From contig OX597826.1 of NCBI GenBank assembly GCA_951406725.2, forward strand, positions 68,696,001 through 68,760,000: a stretch of DNA of 64,000 nucleotides, read 5' to 3'. The DNA is from Octopus vulgaris. Its lineage: Eukaryota. The notes under the pieces were generated by a model. That model did not search any database, had not been told where the DNA came from, and saw only the letters and a list, made by a program, of their open reading frames with translations. Numbering within the stretch: position 1 is the stretch's first letter; each line of letters opens with the position of its first letter. The position numbers and the translations under genes were made by a program. Shown here piece by piece: positions 59,918 to 64,000 of the stretch.

Positions 59918-60120
59918 TACTCTTTTACTTGTTTCAGTCATTTGGCTGCGGCCATGCTGGAGCACCGCCTTTAGTCGAGCAAATCGACCCCGGGACTTAT
60001 TCTTTGTAAGTCCAGTACTTATTCTATCGGTCTCTTTTGCCGAACCGCTAAGTGACGCGGACGTAAACACACCAGCATCGGTTGTCAAGCAATGCTAGGG
60101 GGACAAACACAGACACACAA

Positions 60121-60178
<58 letters not shown>

Positions 60179-60341
60179 GACAGGCTTCTTTCAGTTTCGG
60201 TCTACCAAATCCACTCAAAAGGCATTGGTCTGCCCGGGGCCATAGCAGAAGACACTTGCAGAAGGTGCCACGCAGTGGGACTGAACCCGGAACCATGTGG
60301 CTGGTTAGCAAGCTACTTACCACACAGCCACTCCTACGCCT
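59918..60341 (-). mobile_element. SINE family B, full length
   Basis: Near-identical to 19291-19693, with an expanded internal (TA)n. Confidence 0.9.
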
Positions 60342-61134
60342 ATATAGATATATATTGTTGATATGTATCTATATTATTGCATATGTTTCCTTTCGCCGTG
60401 TGCGAGACCCCGGCTGAGATTTGAACCACTGCTCCCAGATTTTCCTAGTCTAGAACAGCGAAAAAATGTATCTCAATAAACGAAAAGAAGTCGACATAAT
60501 GTTATTAACACCTGCATGAATATGGCTTGACCGATTACACTGGATGTCTTCTGTATATAGCGGAAAACTTGAAGGAAATGAGCGAGTTGTTCCCGACGAA
60601 CAGCTTTGATAGGAAATTCTAGATAGCTGTTTAACAGCTATAACAAGCTGGCCAATTCAACCAACAAAGATAAAAGTTAAAAAAGAAGAGAAACCTATGT
60701 TGTTTCTCACCTTTCTTCCACTTTTCTTACGTGACAAGCATATTATCGTAACCGACAAAGAGCACACGCCTCAAATTATTATAACTTGTAACACATATTA
60801 AATATATATGTAATGTTTTAACTTCCATCCACTACTTGCACAATAATACCCACCCAGATACACGCAGAAGATTTATAATCGTTGCCTATTTTGAATGGCG
60901 TTCGAGTGATGCATTGAATGTACATGCGTACATATACATGCATGCATACATACATACATATATACATACATATATATGTATGGAATAAGAACCCACAGTA
61001 CGGTGGAAGTCATAGCCACTCATAATAGAAAGGTGTACTGGTTGAACGTCCCAGTGAAAACCCCAATAACATGTAAACAAATAATATATATATATATGTA
61101 TATTTATATATATATAAATTATTAGAAAGTTAAC

Positions 61135-61191
<57 letters not shown>

Positions 61192-61259
61192 TATATATGT
61201 GTATATATATATATATACACATATATATATATATATATGTATTTGTGTATGCAGTTTAC

Positions 61260-61336
<77 letters not shown>

Positions 61337-61573
61337 CGTGTGTGTGTGAGGAGTTTATACATGTGTGTGTGCATATGCGTGTGTATGTATAGTTAAACTT
61401 CAACACGGTCCTTCTCTACCCACACAACCTACCTCACATCGTGAGCACCTTGCGCAGCATTTATTACAAATCACGACTCTAAGTGTTGGAATACTAGACT
61501 TGGGTACCGCTTACCTCATTGTTAATACTAATGTGCTAGCACGCAGGCTCACTCGGCAGTAAGAACAACAACT

Positions 61574-61648
<75 letters not shown>

Positions 61649-61814
61649 AAGGAGCACATGTGCACCTTCATTCTTGACTTTGTCCTCACTTTCTGTTTGG
61701 TTCACACTATCAGCGACTCCTGTTGACCTCTGTTGACCTGAGAGTGTCCTCGGAAGTACTCACTGATAACTTATCACTCGAATGGTATGTAATATACATA
61801 CACGCGAAACATCA

Positions 61815-61892
<78 letters not shown>

Positions 61893-62055
61893 AGCCACCA
61901 TTTCCGTACATAGATTTCGATGTGTGTATGTATGTATGCATGAATCTATGTAGTTATTTAGGTATGCATAAAAGAATGTCATAACATGTCTGCGTTTATA
62001 CACACACGTATGCGCACATATGCGCACACACACATATACATAAATGCGTATATAC

Positions 62056-62097
<42 letters not shown>

Positions 62098-62168
62098 ACA
62101 TGTAAATGTGTGTGCGTATGTGTACATGTGTATAAGTATATCTCTCTCCCTCCCTCCCTATATACATA

Positions 62169-62207
<39 letters not shown>

Positions 62208-62293
62208 CACAATGCCCAAACATGAACAAATATGTGTTGTATGTGTGTGTATATACATATATGTATATATATGTATTTTTTTTTATATTCATA

Positions 62294-62347
<54 letters not shown>

Positions 62348-62993
62348 AATGTGTGTGTCTGTTTGTATTATATCATGTATATATATGTATGTACATATAA
62401 TTATATGTTTGTGTGTATGTGTGTATGTTGTGAAATTATGTATTGTATTACGTATGTATAAACGTGTGCGGTAGCTGGTGTGTGATGGTGTGGTGTATAA
62501 TGCGTGAAATACACATAAGTGTTAAGTATATGTACAGAGAGTGGCGACCTCTATGCCCCCTTGAAGAATGTGACTGCATAGATGCTGGGTCACGTTAGGA
62601 CATTTGGATCAGAGCAGACAGTAAGCTAACGAGAGATGACAGGGAGTGGGTGTGATTATAGTTAGCTGTGATGGCAATGGAACTGGGGGTTTTTTGTTGT
62701 TGTTCTTGCTGTTATTGTCGGTAGTGCTCGAGGTGGTGGCGGCGTTGTTGTTGTTGTGGTGGTGGTGGTGGTTGTGGTTGTGGTTTAGGTATGATGGAAG
62801 GAGTTAGTTCACTTGCAAACGAGCTTCCTTTTTCCGTGTGTTGGAATTGACATGAAATTTACAAAAAAGAAAAAAGAAAAAAAAGAAAAAGAAAGAAAAA
62901 CAGTACAAAAAGCAGGACCAAAAAACAAAGGAACATGTAAGCACACGATGAAACCATTCGACAGGAAACCCGTTGATGATGATAATAATAATG

Positions 62994-63151
<158 letters not shown>

Positions 63152-63721
63152 TTGGTGATGATAATGATGCTGCTGGTGACGACGACGAGGAAGGTGAAGA
63201 TGATGATGATGGTGATGATGATGAAGACGATGATGATGAAAACGATGGTGGTGGTGGTGGTTGTGGTGGGTGTGATGACGATGATGATGATAATAATGAT
63301 GATGATGATGAAGATCATCATGATCATCATGATCATCATCATGATCATCATCGTCATTTGAATATTGCCAGAAGGGTCCAAATGTACAATACGAAATGCT
63401 TCGTCCTAGGAAAGAGGTTACGGAATGCGTGTGAATGTGCAACGAACGGAATATGATAAACGTTTTGGTGAGGTTAAAGTTGTAATACAATATACGAACT
63501 AAAGTTACATGGGTTTCCTTTTTTTTTTCCTTTATGTTTTTACACAAAGCAAATACGTATGCATAAAATTCAAACTAGAACAACCTTATAGAGGTTAGAA
63601 AGTGCTACAAAGATAGTCTCAGGGTACCCCATTATTCTGTATACCTTCTGCAAACTGAGTTTTCCCAAATTGCCCCATGAGCTATTTCGATTTCAAGCGA
63701 GCCTTAAAGTATTAACATAAT

Positions 63722-64000
63722 CTTATTTATTTATTGCCCACAGGGGACTAAACATAGAGGAGACAAACAAGGACAGACAATGGGATTGAGTCTATTACAT
63801 CGATCAGTGCGTAACTGGTACTTATTTAATCGACCCCGAAAGGATGAATGGCAAAGTCGACCTCGGCGGAATTAGAACTCAGAACGTAACGGCAGACGAA
63901 ATACCTATTTCTTTACTATCCACAAGGAGCTAAACATAGAGGAGACAAACAAGGACAGACATAGGTATTAAGTCGATTACATCGACCCCAGTTCGTAACT
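63722..64000 (-). mobile_element. SINE family A concatemer, runs off the window
   Basis: Two body units (CGACCCCGAAAGGATGAATGGCAAAGTCGACCTCGGCGGAATT...). Confidence 0.85.

Noticed and set aside
62540-62558. CTCF-like motif GGCGACCTCTATG; also YY1/ETS-like words near 19115, 34540 and 47417
   Set aside because: Short motifs expected by chance in 64 kb; no independent promoter evidence.

Overview
This is AT-rich, microsatellite-saturated eukaryotic DNA. The SINE families and repeat style suggest an octopod cephalopod such as Octopus (inference). I cannot support any intact protein-coding gene: nearly all long ORFs in the track are translations of (TA)n, (CA)n, (GATA)n or trinucleotide repeats. 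Recognisable content: at least four tRNA-derived SINE families, some as tandem concatemers; two degraded mariner transposons and a Tc2/pogo-like MITE; RTE and CR1 LINE fragments; an internally deleted Gypsy LTR element with PBS, PPT and a 5-bp TSD; degraded Penelope-like element (PLE) RT/GIY-YIG remnants; and a processed p23/PTGES3 pseudogene split by a Helentron-type insertion. The most interesting signal is a dispersed set of short non-coding elements at (TA)n tracts. They carry type I hammerhead ribozyme motifs (8589-8679, 58672-58747, 35624-35674, plus a minimal variant-core family), and several are built as long fold-back inverted repeats. They look like PLE pseudo-LTR derivatives that could yield self-cleaving, long-hairpin RNAs. 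All calls are by eye; no searches or folding programs were run.
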